Source: the human T2T-CHM13v2.0 reference genome, Homo sapiens. From it: DNA of 64,000 nucleotides. Both the position numbers and the translations under genes were made by a program. The DNA lies in assembly GCF_009914755.1 (NCBI RefSeq), contig NC_060942.1. One strand, given 5' to 3'. Under the pieces are notes generated by a model that searched no databases, was not told the origin of the DNA, and saw only the letters and a program-made list of their open reading frames with translations. Below, piece by piece: positions 1-12,702 of this stretch; within the stretch, counting starts at the first letter, position 1; the number at the start of each line of letters is the position of its first letter.

Positions 1-302
1 GTGTTTTTTCTTATTTTCATCATATTAAATCCATGGATTTTATTCCCACTGTAGGGAGAAAGTACATGTATGAGTCAAAACCACATGTTTTGCACCAGTA
101 TTACGTAAACATTTATGTATAAGTACTGGTTTCCATATTGGTAGCCATATCCTCCATGCTGACTGGCTTATCAATGAATTTCTTATTAATAAAAACTGTT
201 TGTTTTCTGAAAATTGTAAGCAGTTTCTAACTACACACATTACTCTTAGCTGCAACTCCATGTAAACACATTATATTTCCATTTCCTCTTGCTTCTCCAT
301 GA

Positions 303-450
303 GCATGTGCCCTGTGCAGTCCCAAAGGGGCCTGTTCTTAGAAGGACCCCACACTTAATATAATACTTTGCTGTAGGCATCCTTAAATTTTTAATAATCT
401 TTGAATTTTCATTTTCCACTGGGTTGCACAAATTATGTAGCTCGTCCTCA
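303..450. mobile_element. MER91-like hAT DNA transposon fragment
   Basis: 'gggcctgttcttagaaggaccccac...ttttcattttccactgggttgcacaaattatgtagctcgtcct' resembles the recalled MER91 consensus. Confidence 0.6.
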
Positions 451-849
451 GGGTATAAGATTATTTTTACAAACCACAATTCTGATACTTTCACTATGTG
501 TCCAAATCTGTCAAATAAAGTCCTAAATGACATCTTTTCTGTTTCCTTATCTGATTCTCATCTTGAAGAGCAATTTCCCTATCCCAATTTGCCAGCACTG
601 ACTCTGCACTGAATTTTTGCACATAAATTTCTATGTGGCATTGGAATATCTATCAGTAATTGTACACAATAGGAGGCTATGCTAAATGTAAGAGGTTTTA
701 TTTCTTGCTCATCCCACAGCTCCCCTAAGCAGCTGTCCTCCAAGCTTTGTCCTGAAAATCCAGGATGCTTCCCTCTTGCATCTTCACCTTCTGGAAAACT
801 TAAGGGACTTGTTTTTGACATAAAAGAAGGAGAAAGTAGATAGCAATGC

Positions 850-1020
850 AGAGTATTCTTTAACATCCAACCCTGGAAGTGGCTTGTATCATTTCACTTA
901 CAAGTATTAGTCTATGTTTGGTCATTTGACCCCAAAATAATTGAGGTAGAGGCTGAAAAATGTAGTCTCCCTGTATGCCTAGGAAGTGGAAATCATGTAG
1001 TTAATTCATAGCAATGCCGC
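850..1020 (-). mobile_element. Old MaLR LTR fragment (MLT1J/K-like)
   Basis: 'ctggaagtggcttgtatcatttcac...ggtcat...gaggctgaaaaatgtagtct' motif order typical of MLT1. Confidence 0.45.
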
Positions 1021-1962
1021 TGCCAAACCTGGAGAGAGAATCTAATTCATTTTTTCTCTTCTGCAGTACCTCGGCCATATCTTTGGATTGTAGGACTTAA
1101 GCCAATATTTGTTGAATGTGTGATTCAGTGTACCTAGCATGCTAACTTCCCTGAAGGTTCTTGAAAATTTCATTATTTCTGTTTACTTAGCCAAAATCAT
1201 AGTCTCCAATATAGCAATAGGGCTTCAAAACAATCATTTTTTTATTACTTCCACCTTAAAAAGTTTTATGAAGGAAATAGAAAAAAAAGTGTTGAAAGAA
1301 AACAGAGGAGACACTGTAATGGAATTATCTTTTTTATTTTCTGAGAAATTATGGAATCTATATGAGAATATTCAAGTCATTTTTCAAATATAAGAAAATA
1401 AGTCAGAATGGTAGATAAAACTAGGTTGAACAGTTAGCTTATGACTCATAAGCATAAGTTATAGAGGAAGTAAAATAGGATGAAGTAGTAACTTATGAGA
1501 CCTAACGTGTTAGAAAAAGGAAGTAGACTATGAGCATGTTCTGAACATAGATATGAAGACATGAAAAAATCCATAAAACCCTAGTATGATAATATGCTAA
1601 ACACACCGGAGGTACCAGAGGCTGCGATATTCATGATGTACTTAGTTTATATGAGGTACATAAGGCACTTCAAATACTCAGTGTTTTTAAATCATCCATC
1701 CATTGGTGGCACTTATATTTTGATAGACAAAAGAATTAAATTAAACAGATTTAAAACAAAACATTTTAACTTAATAGACTAAAATTCATTTGGGATGAAA
1801 GTTTAAATTTTGGCAGGGAATATTCTTTTTTATGACGGAATGCCAGCAAAAACAAGTATATAGTAAGGATTGAGATAGAAAATTTCTAAACACAAATATT
1901 ATAACTGACACAGGCAGGGGTGATTAATTGACGATAAAATGTTCAGAGGAAGAACATTAGAA

Positions 1963-2430
1963 TATTGCAGCACTATTCACAATAGCAAAGACTTGGAACC
2001 AACCCAAATGTCCATCAGTGATGGACTGGATAAGGAAAATGTGGCACATATACACAATGGAATACTATACAGCCATAAAAAAGACAAGTTCATGTCCTTT
2101 GCAGGGATATGAAGCTGGAAACCATCATTCTTCGCAAGCTATCACAAGAACAGAGAACCAAACACTGCATGTTCTCACTCATAAGTGGGAGCTGAACAAG
2201 GATAACACATGGACACAGGGAGGGGGACATCACACACTGGGGCCTGTTGGCGGGTGGCGGGCTAGGGGAGGGATAGCATTAGGAGAAATACCTAATGTAG
2301 GTGACGGGTTGATGCGTGCAGCAAACCACCATGGCACGTGTATTCCTGTGTAACAAAACTGAACGTTCTGCACATGTACCCCAGAACTTGAAGCATAATA
2401 AAAATAAAATAAAAGATATAAAATTTTAAA
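1963..2430 (+). mobile_element. 5'-truncated L1PA (end of ORF2, 3'UTR, A-rich tail)
   Basis: Close match to L1PA 3' end (gcactattcacaatagcaaagacttggaaccaaccc...gcacatgtaccccagaacttgaagcataataaaa); degenerate TSD aagaacattagaatatt (1950-1966) / aagaatacagaatatt (2431-2446). Confidence 0.95.
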
Positions 2431-2839
2431 AAGAATACAGAATATTTGTAATTTTGCTTGACGTACCTTCTATTCAAAAAAAACAAGTGCAAGTCAAGCT
2501 AACTGGCTTATCTTGGAGACAGGTTTCTGTATCACTGCATCTCCCTTATATAGCAAGTGTGTATATTAATCCCAAGCACCTTCATCCTTTCAATTCCCTT
2601 GCTCAGTCCTCACCGCCAGTCCTCATAAGCACAATACCCACAAGGGAAGCTCACGTGGCAGAGACAGGAAAGGAACAGGGCGTGGGAACTGTAGAAAACA
2701 TGACTCAGCTCATGTGCTCCTTCCACCCCACTGGCAGCCTCCCCTGACCAGCCCCATTTCTTTCTCTTTGCTTCAGTCTGTGCAGTTTAAATACAGTCAA
2801 TAAAACTTGGAACTTTGCAATCTTAATTTTGTCTGTAAG

Positions 2840-3250
2840 GGTTTCCATTCACCGAGGCTACCATAAAAAATACCACAGATGGGATGGCTTAAGCAACAGA
2901 AAGTTATTTTCTCATTCTTCTGGAAGCCAGAAGTTCAAGATCAAGTTGTCTTCAGGTTTGGTTTCTCCTGAGGCCTCTCTCCTTGGTTGGCAGAGGGCCA
3001 CCCTCTCACTATGTCTTCATATGATATGAAGTGACCTTTTCTCTGTGTGTGTAAAGCCCTGGTATCTTTCATGTATCCTAATTTCCCTTCTTATAAGGAC
3101 ACCAGGCATTTGGATCATGACACATTCATGGCCTCATTTGGGTTAATTTCCTCCTTAGAGACTCTGTCTCTAAATACAGGCACATACTTGGGTAATGAGG
3201 GTTAGGGCTGCAATATATATTTTCGGGAGGGACACTATTCAATCTCTGAC
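2840..3250 (-). mobile_element. MLT1A-type MaLR solo LTR
   Basis: 'ctaccataaaaaataccacagatgggatggcttaagcaacagaaag...ttcaagatcaag...ttcttataaggacacc...ggacactattcaatc'. Confidence 0.85.
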
Positions 3251-3629
3251 TGTTACTCTTTTTGACCTGGATCAGCTTAAGCAGTAATGTACTTGCAGGC
3301 TTTGACTGAGTCATGGTAAGGTTCCACATATGACTATAGTTAGTACTATATGCAACCAGTATTTAGGAAGTCGACGTGTATCCCAGCTTTTTGTAAGTTG
3401 TACTTTTTCAAAAGTTTCTTAAAATACTTGCTCTATTCTATGCAGTTTTGGATACTCTTATTCTTTGAATGATAGTCACGAAATTACATATTGGGATGGA
3501 ACTTAATCTCCTATTACAGTTAAAAGATTTTACTCCCTGAATTTTAAATGATAAGCCTATAGCAAGCCAGATTTATTTACAGTGATAAAGCAAATAAATG
3601 TCTTTGACTACAAATATGAAACTTTCCTA

Positions 3630-3977
<348 letters not shown>

Positions 3978-4329
3978 CTATTTCAGGCATAGCTGAGATA
4001 GTCTGGGTATATATATATATATATATTTTGGCATAAATTAACTTCCATAATGAAGATATTAGAGAATGATATTTAAGGATTTTGCAGAACCATATCAGAG
4101 AACTGACAATTTAAGAAAGCCTATAAAACTGAAAGCCAAGAAAAAGTCATAAATTTAAAAGAATGAAATTGATAGAAAACCTTTTATTGAATGGAAAATT
4201 ATGAAATAAAATCAGGGGAAAATGATTGTCAATGAGCAAGAAACCAATCTAAATGTAGTGTGAATTCAGTTTGCTTTTTCAAAGTTGGGGAAAAGGACAG
4301 GAGTAAACTGGAAAGAGCATTTCAATCTG

Positions 4330-4357
4330 AAAAAAAAAAAAAAAAAAAAAAAAAAAA
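4330..4357 (+). repeat. Poly(A) tract (~28 nt)
   Basis: Direct reading. Confidence 0.95.
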
Positions 4358-5569
4358 CTAATTGAAAGAAAGACAGCCCAACCATTTTGACTTAAAGCAA
4401 GTAAAAAGAGAGAAGCTCCCTGGAAGACCCATAAAGGTTTTTTTATAGTCAATGAAGGTTCAACTATTCAAAAATCAAGGTCAGTTAACTTGAGGAAGTG
4501 TTGCCACCTATTTCCATCGAACCACACTATAGTGAGAGCTGATCTAGTCAGTTTCAATGCCAAAATTTTTTTCCTAGAATTATCCAAAAGGGAAATACCT
4601 ACTAAGAACATCTGTTAGAAGAGGATTTTTAAAAATTTTGGAATCTAATTTATTTACATGATCAAAGTAAATTTGACTATGTTACTGAACAATGGAGATA
4701 GTTGCTAGTCTGTACATTTATGTCACATTTCCTTGTAAATTTCACAATTTTCCCAAGCCAATTATTCTCCTATTGTTAAAAGACTGTATAAAGAAATGTG
4801 GCCTTGACTTATTTTAAAAATGAAAGAAAATTATATTCCTGGTAAATGTAGTTATGTGAAAGCGTGTGCTTTGTTATAAGTAAACCATTTTCTTATCACA
4901 ATACACACCTGTGTTTATTCTAACATTCAAATACTGTACGATCAAATGTGGGATGTTTTCAATTTTGAAATGTTACATATAATACTACAAAGATAAGCTT
5001 GTATGTATGTAATTTTAAATTTTTCCATAATAACCCTGGAATAGTTTTCTAAAAGTGGGATTGGAGTATCTTGGAATATGGTTAATGATTAGATAGTGTC
5101 AATTTTTCTATGTAATTACTTTGCTCTAGCAGTACATGGGAGTCCGTTTCCCATGGCCTCTCAAAGTCAAATCATTTTTCATTCAATTTTTGTGCATTTA
5201 AATATATACGTGTGTTTGTATGTGTGTATGTACAATGCCTTTTACTATATGTGGGGCATGTGTGTGTTTGTGTGCGTGTTTCTATTTAGGCTGTTTAGTG
5301 CTTTTGCTAGTTGTCACATATATATATAAATACCTTTCCATCATATACTCAACATTTTTATTAAATCCTGCCTATTAGTTCCATAGTGTGGATAATAATA
5401 TAATTATTTTATTCTTTCCCTCATCTTCTCCCTTTCCCTATCCTTAAATTATATTAATTACTCTTATTTTCCTTGAATTTTATCTTTGTTCTTAAATTAT
5501 TTTAGCACACTTGATTTTTCCCCTTCAAATGATATGATGATTATAGCTGAACCCTATAAAACAATGAGT

Positions 5570-5690
5570 GAGATAATTTTACTTTCTACCTATACTTTCC
5601 CTTCACCTTCCATGTAGTTTGTATTAATTTTACATTTAGTGTTATTTTCATGCTCTCAGGTTTCATATGATTTACAGACTGTATTAGCCT
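5570..5690 (+). repeat. Local duplication A, copy 1
   Basis: Aligns to 7459-7585 with 7 substitutions and one 6-bp indel (hand alignment). Confidence 0.95.
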
Positions 5691-6009
5691 GTTTTTTTTT
5701 GCTGCTGACATACCTGAGACTGGGAAGAGAAAGAGGTTTAATTGGACTTACAGTTCCATATCGCCGGGGAGGCCTCAGAATCATGACGGGAGGAAAAAGG
5801 CACCTCTTCCAGGGTGGCGACAAGAGCAAATGAGGGGGATGCAAAAGTGGAAAGCCCAATAAACCCATCAGATTTCATAAGACTTATTCACTACCATGAG
5901 AACAGTATGGGGGAAACCACCCCCATGATTCAAACTATATCCCACTGGGAATTATAGGAGCACAATTCAAGATGAAATTTGTGTGGGGACACAGAGCCAA
6001 ACCATATCA
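5680..6009 (-). mobile_element. THE1 (B/C-like) MaLR solo LTR
   Basis: tgtattag...ggggacacagagccaaaccatatca; perfect 5-bp TSD CAGAC at 5675-5679 and 6010-6014. Confidence 0.95.
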
Positions 6010-7299
6010 CAGACTTTTTTTTTCTTTTTGCTTTTTATCGTATTTCAGGTTTGGAACTATTTATAAGCTATTTACATACAGAATTGTGATGTCAATCTCA
6101 TTTTCTTTTCTTTCTAAATGAGTTGGTCTTCCTGCCTGGATTACCAAAGATGCTTCTTTAGTATTTAAAAGTATTATATCAGGATATTGTTCTACTTTCA
6201 TAGACTGCATTGATTGGTATTTATTCATACATACAATGAGTCTTTTAAGTATATTTAAATATTTTATTTAGAAAAATTATTTTATATTACATATTTTTTG
6301 TTTATTTTTCTCCTTTTTTGGTTTTATTCTTTTTGTACTTTGTACATATATTCTTTGCCTGCCATTCTCATACATCCCTTTCTCACGAATCCTCATTCTC
6401 TTTCTTTATTTCTGTTTTCTTTCCTTTACTTTTTACTTTACCTTTCCTATTTCACTTACAGTGTAGGCTGTGCTGTTTAGTAACTCTCTTGGATTTTTTT
6501 TTTGTTGTTATTGTCTTTGCTTTTGAAATATTTTCTTTGTTCTCTAATTTTATCTAGAGATCTGACACTTCTCAGATTCTTCTATTTTACACAAATCTCA
6601 GATTTTCTCACTGATTTTCTCAGAGTTCACTGATATGCTGATCTTTTCAAACATTAACAATGTCCTCAAAATTTAAGCCGAATTTTAGGGATTAATAACA
6701 ATTATTAATGTGCCTATTTCCACAGCATTTTTCCTGGTATCTTTACCTTATATGTTACCCTGTTATTTAGTGGTTAAGACAATAAAACTCATTGACACAA
6801 AAGCAGAACTCAATATAACAGTCCTTGGATGACTGAAGGTAGCATAACTTCTGTCCACATTCCACTGGCTGATATTCATCAAAACGACATAGATGCAAGA
6901 GAATCTAAGATACATAGTCTTTCTGTGTATCTAAAATTAAAAATATGATATAAAAATGTGGAGAATAGAATTGTACTTACCACATTATTTCATCTGCAAG
7001 ATTACCTTAAAAATCCTAATTGGCAAATGAAACATGAGTTATCATATCACACTTAGAGTTTCACAGATTAAAAGCACTAATCTCAGAAGAATCATCACCC
7101 TTTAAAATATTTTTCTAGGCAGCTATTAACATGGCTTCTATTGAATTATGTGGATCAATCCTATATGACAAAAATGCTGAGATAGTGACTTTATGTTTTG
7201 GCCCATTTTCTTACCCAACAATACAGGCAAAATTTATGCAACTAAAGAGGAAGCATGGACATATATATCAACCCGTATCAAAGGATACAGAATTGGAAG

Positions 7300-8200
7300 A
7301 CAAAGAGTCAAATTATTGCAATGGTCTATATGAGAGATGATGGTAGCAATACATACGATATCGCTGATAAAAATAGTGACAAGTGGTCAATCCAGGATAT
7401 ATTTTAAGATATAACTGACTATTTGCTGAAGGATGAGACATCACATGGAACAGAAACAGAGATAACTTTACTTTCTACCTATACTTTCCCCTCACCTTCC
7501 ATGTAGTTTCTATTTGTATTAATTTTACATTTAGTGTTATTTTCATTATCTCAGGATTTATATTATTTACAGACTGTATTAGCCTCAATATCTCAATATT
7601 TGTCCTGAGAAAATAGATAGATGAAGTTGTTATTTACCAAGAAGCAGATTGGCTGTAGAAAATATAAACTTCTGGAGAAAAGAACACTATGCGTTTTTTA
7701 ATGTTATGTTTGAGATACCTATGAAATGCGTTAATGGGTATATCAAATAGATAAATATATCTCTGGTATTCAGGAGGAATATCATGGCCAGAGATATATT
7801 AATATAAAATAGAAAATAAAAAATATCTTGGGAATTTGGGGCTTTTCAGCAATATAGTTTGCAAAGGTTAGGAGAAACCACCAAAGTGTCCACTAAGTTA
7901 TAAGATGTTAATAAAAAGTGAATCTTGAGTATTCAGTGAAACACAAGACAGTACAATTAATGCTGTTTGTAGACTGCATTCATCCAAAGCATTTTTGATG
8001 ATCTTGAGATATGTCCATGGCATGGCGGGGCTGACAGCCTGACTGGAGTGAGTTCAAGAGGAGAGTGAATATAAATATATCTTCTGATGAATTTTGCTTG
8101 GAGAAAATGGAGAAATTGAGTGGTAATTTGAAGAACACATGTGGCCAAAGAAGAGTGTCAATCAACTGCTATTAGTAACAGGATAGAACAGATGGGACTG
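7300..8200 (-). mobile_element. L2 LINE fragment, interrupted by duplication A copy 2
   Basis: 'atgtttgagatacctatg...ctctggtattcaggaggaatatcatggccagagatata' and 'gcctgactggagtgagttcaagaggagagtg' are L2 antisense motifs. Confidence 0.7.
7459..7585 (+). repeat. Local duplication A, copy 2 (inside L2)
   Basis: Copy of 5570-5690, including the first 11 bp of the THE1 LTR. Confidence 0.95.
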
Positions 8201-8364
8201 AGGGTGTGGACCTGCTAATTTTAGGCCTTAGTTTGCATTGTTATGGTAAGCCTACATTTCAATTTAACCATTGAAAATTTAGCATCTGAATCAATGTAAG
8301 CTTGGTGCAAAACAAAAGGTGTTTTATTCATTTTTTTCTATCATAGAGATCGTCCTATTCTCTT

Positions 8365-8665
8365 TTTACATAAAATTTATTGTGTATAGTGAAGGTACAT
8401 CACAACATGATGTTATGTGATACATATAGATAGTAAATTGGTGACTATAGTGAAGCAAATTAACATAGCCATCACTTCACAGTCATTCTTTAGTGTGTGT
8501 ATAACAAGAGCAGTTAAATTCTATTTATTTAACAAAAATCCAAAATGCAATTCACTGTTGTTGCCTATAGTCCTCATGTTGTACACTAGATTCTAGATCT
8601 CCTATGTATCTCCTACTTTGTATTCTGTGACCTGTATCTCCCCATTTCCTCTGCACCCTCCCATT
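8365..8665 (-). mobile_element. L1MA 3' end (L1MA9/10-like)
   Basis: 'tttattgtgtatagtgaaggtaca...tagtgaagcaaattaacatagccatcac...ctatagtcctcatgttgtacactagattc'. Confidence 0.85.
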
Positions 8666-9639
8666 TTATCCAAGTACAGTATACTTAGAGTGGAATGTTT
8701 GGGAATTATTGCTACATGTTAAATCACTCATTGCCACTTACTGAGAAATTAAGAAAGACATCTACTATATTGCAGGATCAGGAATATGGTTTCTGAGTTG
8801 AAGACAAACAACCACCTGGCTATTGAAGCTCCTTTTTTTCTCCTATATTGGTCATTTACCATAATTCTGACTCAGCCAGTCTGAGTCATATCAGCTAGAG
8901 GACAGGCCAATTCCAGCCCCTTAGCACTGGAGATCTCTTTTGAACAAGATCACCTCCTCAATCAGGAACCTTCATGTTGCATAGTTACATGGATGTTCCC
9001 TTTCAATATGCAATGCATTATGGCAGAATGATCTCCCAGTATTCGCGGGATGGCCATGGTGTGCCCAGTCCAGCTGTGCCCAGCCTCAGCACACCCTCTG
9101 CTCTCCTTTTCTTGTAAGTTCTTATTCCCTTCTAATTATCTTAAAGAAACTATGTGAATTACTCATTTTCAAAATTGTCAAGATCCTGGAAGATATGTTG
9201 CTCCTGGGCAAAAATTATTCTTCCTTGTGATTCCTCAGGAATCCCTCTAATTGCTGTCTAGCCTGCTATTGCTCAGACTGTATGCCCTGCCCCAAAATTC
9301 AGACTTCATGAGAGATCAGTTAGAACATCGGATCTGATATGTCAATATATTTAGTAGCCTGTAACCCAATATCTGACAATAAAAGGGTCAGTATTCCTCA
9401 TATAATGTCCAAATCTACTTTGTAATGGATAATATGCACTGGCCAAAGACAGCCTTTCCTTTTTTAAATTCTGTCTTCTAGACTTCTGTGAACTTCTCAA
9501 AGTACAAAACTATCTTTATTTATTCACTTCTATTTACCACTGCAACCAATTCCCACAAGCGATAGCATGAAGAAATAATTATGTTCAATATCATCCTCTA
9601 TCTGTTCTCAACAAAGCTGGGGTATAAATGAAATATCCT

Positions 9640-10160
9640 GTTTTTCCAGTTGGTTTTGCTGCATAACAAATCACTCCAATTCAGTGGCAACAAACAACCT
9701 GTTCACAGATCATATGGGCCAGGAACTCAGAATGGGTTCAGCAGGGAAGGCTACAGGTAACTAGGAGGCTGTGTACTGGACTTATTCAAATCCTAACTCA
9801 CATACATATTGACAGTTGATGCTGGCTCACAGCCCAACTCCTAAAGGTTGACTGTCACACTTAGACATTGCTTCTCCATATTGTTTCTGTGCATGATCTA
9901 CTTTGGAGAAGCTCACAGCATGGCAAATGACTTCCATGCATAAGCAAATCAAACAAAACAGAACAAACAAAGAGGAAGCTATACCACTTTTTATGAACTA
10001 GTATTAGTAGTCACATAATGTCACTTCTGTCTGGTCAAAAACTCACTCAGATTCAAGGGTGTTGGACCTAGACACATAACTTTTCATTGAATCACTCAAT
10101 ATCACACTGTAGGAAGAGCGTGTAAAATGAGATAAATTATTGCTGCCATGCAAAATATTT
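9640..10160 (-). mobile_element. MLT1 (F/G/H-like) MaLR LTR
   Basis: 'gctgcataacaaatcactcc...gggccaggaactcag...gacagttgatgctggc...gtcacttctg...cagattcaaggg'. Confidence 0.8.
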
Positions 10161-10189
10161 GGAGGATTTAACAAAATAAAATAATACTA

Positions 10190-10430
10190 ATTATAAATCA
10201 TTTATCAAGCCCATAACATATCCATGGCTCCACACTAAATACTTTACAATCAACAAATTATTAAATAGCCACACCCTCTCTTGTCATATAATTTTCCCCC
10301 ATTTTTCCTATGTGGATTTGAAATTTTGACAGGTTAATAAATTGACCAAGATCACACTGCTGGTACATTGAAGTAAGCAACAGATTTCAAATCTAATCTG
10401 TCTTACCCCAAAGATTTATAACTGTCCTAA
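10190..10430 (-). mobile_element. MIR SINE
   Basis: Core 'cccattttt...aggttaataaattgaccaagatcacac...gatttcaaatc'. Confidence 0.7.
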
Positions 10431-10852
10431 TATGGTTCCTGACATTCATATTTTCCTCTAAAGTATCATTGGCTTACCTATCATGAGAAAACTGTTCCTG
10501 GTTCTGAAACTATCTCATGTAGCCCCTGTGCACTGAGGTGAGATCATTTAGGAAGTGTTTTGAATGCCCAAGAAAATTAGTGTCAGTCATAAAAGATTTA
10601 AGAATAGTGGAAAGCTGTAATGAATAAGCCCCTTGCCCAAGAGATCCATTTGCTCATAACTAACTTGCCTTTGTTAACAAAATTTCACACTGGTTTCATG
10701 CACACCTGCATCTAGCACCAGAATAAGCCATGCTGCAGGAGATGGCAACAGGTTATATTTGGAATATACAGCTGAAAATTGCTCTTATGAAACCTGGAGA
10801 ATTTTCATTTTAAATCATACTTCTATAATATTCTCTACTGTGAATGATTTGA

Positions 10853-10966
10853 TCTCGCTAAATCCTCTAATGTTAGCATTCTTATAATTTCAACTGAAAC
10901 TGACTTCGAATCTCTAATGAAATGTTGGACTCAAACAGTTTCATACAGTTCACATTGCCAGTTGAG
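10853..10966 (+). repeat. Local duplication B, copy 1
   Basis: 114 bp, 10 mismatches and no gaps versus 12179-12292. Confidence 0.95.
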
Positions 10967-12178
10967 TTTGTTAATGTAATATTTGTCTTTTCTAATTGCA
11001 TTGAGGTGATATTTTACTTTCTTAGTTGATTCATTTTTATTTATGTGGTTCAGGTGTTGAATATATTTAAGGCAATATAGAAGCAAAGTTGCATTCTTCT
11101 ACACATGACATGCATAATTCTAAACTAAGAATTTATATAAATAGGAAAATTAGAACCCACCAATACTTTTCATTTACTGCAACATTTTAGGAAGATTATC
11201 AATCTGAACTGCCCATTCCCTTCATTTGCAAATATTGCAGAGACTCTGAAACTCCTACATAAAAAGAGGTTTAAATAAGGCATTCTGAGTTGGACAGGGT
11301 TGGGCATCTTAACAATGCTTTAAGAACTTAAAACATTATTTGACTAGTAAATATTATCTGCTATTTTGATAGATATGTGCATTTTGAGCTGGTTTACAGA
11401 ACTGGAAAATTCTCCAGGCTCCTTGATGCTGCCATTGAGCATAGCACAAAATGTAGAATATTGACCTTGTATGTGACCCCTAACCTACTTGGTAAATCAT
11501 TATTACTATTATTATTATTATATTTTCATTGCAATTATTATAGTCAATTCTCCTCATCTATTTTTTAATAAAAGAGGGATTTTTAATGTAATGGAACTAT
11601 GTTTTATATTCTTCTGTGGCATTATCACTTGTTTTGTTTTATTATGACGTGTCTTTTTATATATCTAACTAGATCTTACATTCTTTGGAGTCAGGAAGCC
11701 AATATGTTAGCTCACACAGTGTATTGTGTGTAGTAAATGATCTGTGAATATGTGTACCTTGATGATAACCCCAGACAGCATTCAAGTGCACTCTACATTT
11801 TGGTATTCACAGTTTTATATAATCTTTTTTCACTGAATGTAGGTTGGACATAGTAATTTAACTCTAGTTAATTAAATAGGAGAAAGGTGATGGAATACCA
11901 CTTTAGTTACTGTGTTTCAAAAGACTGTCATTTCCTTTTGCTAGCACTCATTCTCTGGCTTGAACTCCTTTTATTTTGGCTCTTCTTGTTGCTTGTTCTG
12001 GTAAGTATACTGGAGAGTCTATGTGGTCAGATTTGAGTTATGCCTCTGAAAACCTACTGGTAAAGAACTAAAGCCCTTAGTCCAACAACCCTTGAGCACA
12101 TGCATCCTACCTACAACAATGAGAGCCCTCTTGGAAAAGAATGTTCCCCTAATCAAGCCTTCAAATGAGGATAAATCC

Positions 12179-12292
12179 TCTCGCTAAATCCTCTAACTTT
12201 AGCATTCTTATAACTTCAACTAAAACTGACTTCAAATCTTTAATGAAATGTTGAACTCAAACAGTTTCATACAGTTCACATTGCTAATGGAG
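12179..12292 (+). repeat. Local duplication B, copy 2 (inside MLT1 LTR)
   Basis: Copy of 10853-10966 interrupting MLT1 between 'ccttcaaatgag' and 'agccccagc'. Confidence 0.95.
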
Positions 12293-12299
12293 CCCCAGC

Positions 12300-12702
12300 T
12301 ACTGTGGTTTGAATATTTGTGTCCCCTCCAAAATTCATGTTGCAAATTAATCTCCAGTGCAACAGTATTAAAAGGTGTGGTCTTTAGAAAATGGCTAAGC
12401 CATGAAAGTGGCTTATTATTGAACCCTTATAAATAGATTGGTACCCTTATGAAAGGGCTTGAGGGGATGAGTTTGCTCCTTGCTTCCCCTCAGCCATGAG
12501 AGTACATAGCGTTCATCCCCTCAGGAGGATGTAGCAACACGGCACCATCTTGGAGGCAGAAAGCAACTCTCACCAGACAGGGAAGCTGCCAGTGCCTTGG
12601 TCTTGGACTTTCGGCCTCCTCAACTGTGAGAAATACATTTCTGTTGTTTATCAACTGCCCATTCTCAGGTATTTTGTTATAGCAGCTGAATGGACTAAGA
12701 CA
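12300..12702 (+). mobile_element. MST (C/D-like) MaLR solo LTR
   Basis: tactgtggtttgaat...tggactaagaca; perfect 5-bp TSD CCAGC at 12295-12299 and 12703-12707. Confidence 0.92.

Noticed and set aside
2018-2353. ORFs resembling the L1 ORF2 C-terminus (also 43313-43654)
   Set aside because: Frameshifted fragments of truncated L1 copies that cannot encode a functional protein.
4330-4357. Poly(A) tract as the tail of a processed pseudogene
   Set aside because: No adjacent polyA signal, TSD or recognisable mRNA upstream.
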